Below the pieces are notes generated by a model that ran no database searches, was not told the origin of the DNA, and was given only the letters and a program-made list of their open reading frames with translations. Made by a program: the position numbers and the translations under genes. From assembly GCA_963748015.1 (NCBI GenBank), contig CAVVHE010000005.1, positions 544,001 through 608,000 of the forward strand: a stretch of 64,000 nucleotides of DNA, given 5' to 3'. The first letter of the stretch is position 1. Every line of letters starts with the position of its first letter. The stretch comes from Terriglobia bacterium. GTDB taxonomy: Bacteria; Acidobacteriota; Polarisedimenticolia; Polarisedimenticolales; JAIQFR01. Shown one piece after another: positions 60,547 through 64,000 of this stretch.

Positions 60547-62071
60547 ATGCAGCCAAGAAAATATTCGCGGGTCGGATGGATCGCGGCCGCGATCCTGCTG
60601 CTCGCCGCGCTCCCCGCGGCGGCGCAGGATCTGGCCTCCTTCGAGAAGAACGTGACCGAGCACAAGCTGGCCAACGGTCTCACGTTCCTGATCTACCAGC
60701 GCCCCGGCGCCCCCGTGGTCTCGTTCTTCACCTACGCGAAGGTGGGGGCGGCGCAGGAGGTCCCGGGGATCACCGGGATCGCGCACATGTTCGAGCACAT
60801 GGCGTTCAAGGGAACCACGCAGATCGGGACCAACGACTGGAAGGGCGAGAAGACCGCGCTCGCGAAGGTCGACGAGACCTACCACGCCTACGACCTGGAG
60901 CGGCGCAAGACCGGCGGGCCCGACCCCGCCCGCCTCGAGCAGCTCAAGAAGGCGTGGAAGGACGCCCAGGAAGCCGCGGACAAGTTCATCGTGAAGAACG
61001 AGTTCGGCGAGATCATCGACCGGGAGGGAGGCGCCGGCCTGAACGCGGGGACCAGCTCCGACCAGACCGTCTACTTCTACTCCCTTCCCGCCAACAAGGT
61101 GGAGCTCTGGGCCCACCTCGAGTCGGAGCGCTTCCTCGACCCGGTGTTCCGCGAGTTCTACAAGGAGCGGGACGTGGTCATGGAGGAGCGGAGGCTCAGG
61201 ACCGAGAGCCAGCCGACCGGCCGCCTGATCGAGCAGTTCCTCTCCACCGCGTACCAGGCGCACCCCTACCACCAGCCGGTGGTCGGCTACATGAGCGACC
61301 TGATGTCGTTCTCGCGCGAGGACGCGGACCTCTTCCGCCGCACCTACTACGTCCCCTCGAACATGGTCATCGCGATCGCCGGGGACGTGAAGGCCGCCGA
61401 GATCATCCCGATCCTCGACAAGTACTTCGGCCGCCTCCCGGCCTCCCCGGCCCCGCCGGTGCTCCGCACCGAGGAGCCGAAGCAGATCGCGGAGAAGACC
61501 GTCACGCTGCCGGACAAGTCCCAGCCCATCTACGTCGAGGGATACCACCGCCCCGCCAGCACCGACAAGGACGACGCGGTGTACTCCGCGATCTCCGACG
61601 TGCTCTCCTCCGGCCGCTCCTCGCGCCTCTACCGCAGCCTCGTCCGCGACAAGAAGATCGCCGCCCAGGCGGTCGCGATGTCCGGCCTGCCCGGCGAGAA
61701 GTACCCGAGCCTGATGGTCTTCTTCGCGGTCCCGACCCCGGGGCACGCCAACGAGGAGGTCCAGAAGGCGATCCGCGAGGAGATCGAGAAGATCAAGAAC
61801 GAGCCCGTCTCGGACGAGGAGCTCCAGCGGGTGAAGACCCGCGCGAAGGCCGACCTGATCCGGGGTCTCGAGGGCGAACCAGGGGATCGCCGGGCAGCTG
61901 GCGACGTACCAGGCGCTCTACGGCGACTGGCGGGAGCTGTTCCGCGAGGTGGAGAAGATCGACAAGGTGACGAAGGACGACATCAAGCGCGTGGCCCAGT
62001 CCACCTTCGTCCCGACCAACCGCACCGTGGGGATGATCGTCAACACCGACTCCCCGTCGGCGAAGAACTAG
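60547..62071 (+). CDS. M16 family zinc peptidase, catalytic subunit; frameshift near 61875
   Basis: Signal peptide; GIAHMFEHMAFKGT (HxxEH), ERDVVMEERR, SSRLYRSLV; C-terminus YGDWRELF..VTKDDIKRVA in a shifted frame ending at TAG 62069-62071. Confidence 0.9.
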
Positions 62072-62084
62072 GGGAGGGCGGACG

Positions 62085-64000
62085 ATGAGAACCACGACGT
62101 TCCGTGTCGCTGTCGCGGCGGCGCTCGCCGTGCTCCTGGCCGTGCCCGCGGCGGCCCAGGTGAAGAGCTACAAGAAGATCAAGTACCCGAAGCTCCCCGA
62201 CTTCAAGATCGAGAAGCCGGTGACCTACACCCTCGAGAACGGCATGACCGTGTTCCTCCTGGAGGACCGCGAGCTGCCGCTGATCTCGGTGACCGCCAGG
62301 ATCCGGACCGGCTCCGCCTGGGAGCCCGCCGAGAAGGCGGGCCTCGCCTCCCTGATGGGAACGGTGCAGCGGACCGGCGGCACGGAGGCCATGGAAGGCG
62401 ACGCCATCGACGACTACCTGGCGAACCGCGCGGCCACCGTCGAGACGGGCGTCGGCCGCGACTCCGGCTCCGCCTCGATGAACTGCCTCAAGGAGAACTT
62501 CGACGACGTCTTCAAGGTCTTCGCCGACGTGCTGCGCCGGCCGAAGTTCGCCCAGGAGAAGCTCGACCTCGCCAAGGTCCAGACGAACACGGGGATCGCG
62601 AGGAGAAACGACCAGGTGATGGGAATCCTGGGCCGCGAGTTCCCGCGCCTCGTCTTCGGCAACGACTCCCCCGCCGCGCGGTTCGAGGAGTACGCGACCG
62701 TCGGCGCCGTAACGCGCGACGACCTGGTAGCCTGGCACGGGAAGTACTACGTGCCGAGCAACGTCTACCTCGGGATCGTGGGGGACTTCGACACCGCGGA
62801 GATGAAGAAGAAGGTGGAGGCGGTGTTCGGCGACTGGAAGAAGGCGCCGGCAGCCGCGCTCCCCCCGTGCCGTACGCCAAGGACCCGAAGCCCGGGGTGT
62901 ACTTCATCGAGAAGTCCGACGTGAACCAGGCGTACGTGGTGATGGGGCACCTCGGCATCGAGCAGAAGAACCCGGACTACTTCGCCGTGCAGGTCATGAA
63001 CGAGGTCCTCGGCGGCGGCTTCGCGAGCCGGATGTTCAGCAACGTGCGGTCGAAGAAAGGGCTCGCGTACAACACGTTCGGTAGTCTCGGCGCCGACAAC
63101 TTCGTCCCGGGGCTGCTGCGCGCCGGCCTCCAGACCAAGTCGGAGTCCATGGCCCAGGGGGTCGAGGCGGTGAAGGCCGAGATCGTCGGCATCATCGAGA
63201 ACCCGCCCAAGGACGACGAACTGAAGCGCGCGAAGGACGCGATCCTCAACTCGTTCGTCTTCAATTACGACTCGAAGGCCAAGATCCTGAACCAGCAGAT
63301 GGCGTACGCCTTCTGGGGCTTCCCGGCCGACTATCTCGAGCAGTACCGCGCCAACATCGAGAAGGTGAAGAAGGACGACGTGGCGCGCGTCGCGAAGCAG
63401 TACGTCCATCCCGACAAGCTCGCGATCCTCGTGATCGGCAAGTCCGCCGACTTCGACAAGCCGGTCGCGAGCCTCGGCGCGGTCACCAACGTGGACATCG
63501 CGATCCCGCCGCCGGCGGACAAGGCGCCGAAGGTGGCGAAGAGCGCGGCGTCCCTCGCGGCGGGGCAGCAGCTCCTGGCGAAGGCCGCCGCGGCGCTCGG
63601 CGGGACGAACCCGGCCGACGTGAAGGCGATCGAGGCCAGCGCGAAGATGACGCTGAGCCTGGGCGGGCAGTCCATCCAGATGTCGCGTACCACCCTGATC
63701 GTGTTCCCCGACCGGATGCGGCAGGTCATGTCCACCCCGATGGGGGACCAGACCGTCGTCGTCACCGGCTCGGAGGGGTTCGCGATCGCGGGCGGGAAGA
63801 CGATGCCGCTCCCCGCGGCGTCGCTCGAGCGGCAAACCAAGGGAATGGCCCGCGACCTGCGGTTCCTCGTCCGCTATGCCTCGGACCCGTCGCTCGAGGC
63901 CGTCGCGGGCGGCGAGGACACCGTGGACGGGACGAAGTGCCAGGTCGTCGCGGTGACCTACAAGGGGACGGAGTCCAGGCTCTGCGTGGCTATGGACGGC
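62085..64000 (+). CDS. M16 family peptidase, non-catalytic partner with C-terminal extension; frameshift near 62865; runs off the right edge
   Basis: Signal peptide; LENGMTVFLLEDRELP; no HxxEH; after the shift NEVLGGGFASRMFSNVRSKKGLAY. Confidence 0.85.

Overview
High-GC (visually about 70%) bacterial chromosome segment. The gene content (recR-mglBA, Cys-rich/TSP3 exported proteins, carboxypeptidase-regulatory-repeat and VIT-vWA proteins) suggests an Acidobacteriota-like organism; this is an inference. 1-13 kb is housekeeping: tRNA-Arg, tadA, two tRNA-Ser, SRP RNA, dnaX-ybaB-recR, mglBA, rplU-rpmA-obgE-nadD-rsfS-rlmH, a LapA/LapB-like gene, comF and a cyclophilin-like gene. 13-28 kb is an exported-protein region: two tandem paralogous beta-helix/TSP3/Cys-repeat proteins sharing a near-identical 2.1 kb block, a small secreted protein, an MFS-spermidine-synthase fusion, two Cys-rich lipoproteins and pilT. 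28-42 kb holds a four-subunit 2-oxoacid:ferredoxin oxidoreductase operon followed by a divergent double nucleotidyltransferase, a renalase-ribA-PLD operon and an Rrf2-hemerythrin-qNor-cupin NO-response operon. 42-64 kb holds a large carboxypeptidase-repeat gene, osmC, ogt, DUF4097, VIT-vWA, a TetR-controlled ABC/TolC efflux operon and two M16 peptidase genes; many indels there look like sequencing errors. No CRISPR array, transposase, integrase or rRNA was seen. Top observations: (1) a dispersed intergenic element family with a conserved, covarying structured core inside long terminal inverted repeats whose sequence differs in every copy; (2) an A10G slippery run in dnaX with stops in both shifted frames; (3) long and short versions of one surface protein homogenised only in the middle; (4) a GlnD/GlnE-like double nucleotidyltransferase attached to the kor operon; (5) tadA next to its substrate tRNA, with its stop codon inside the next tRNA.
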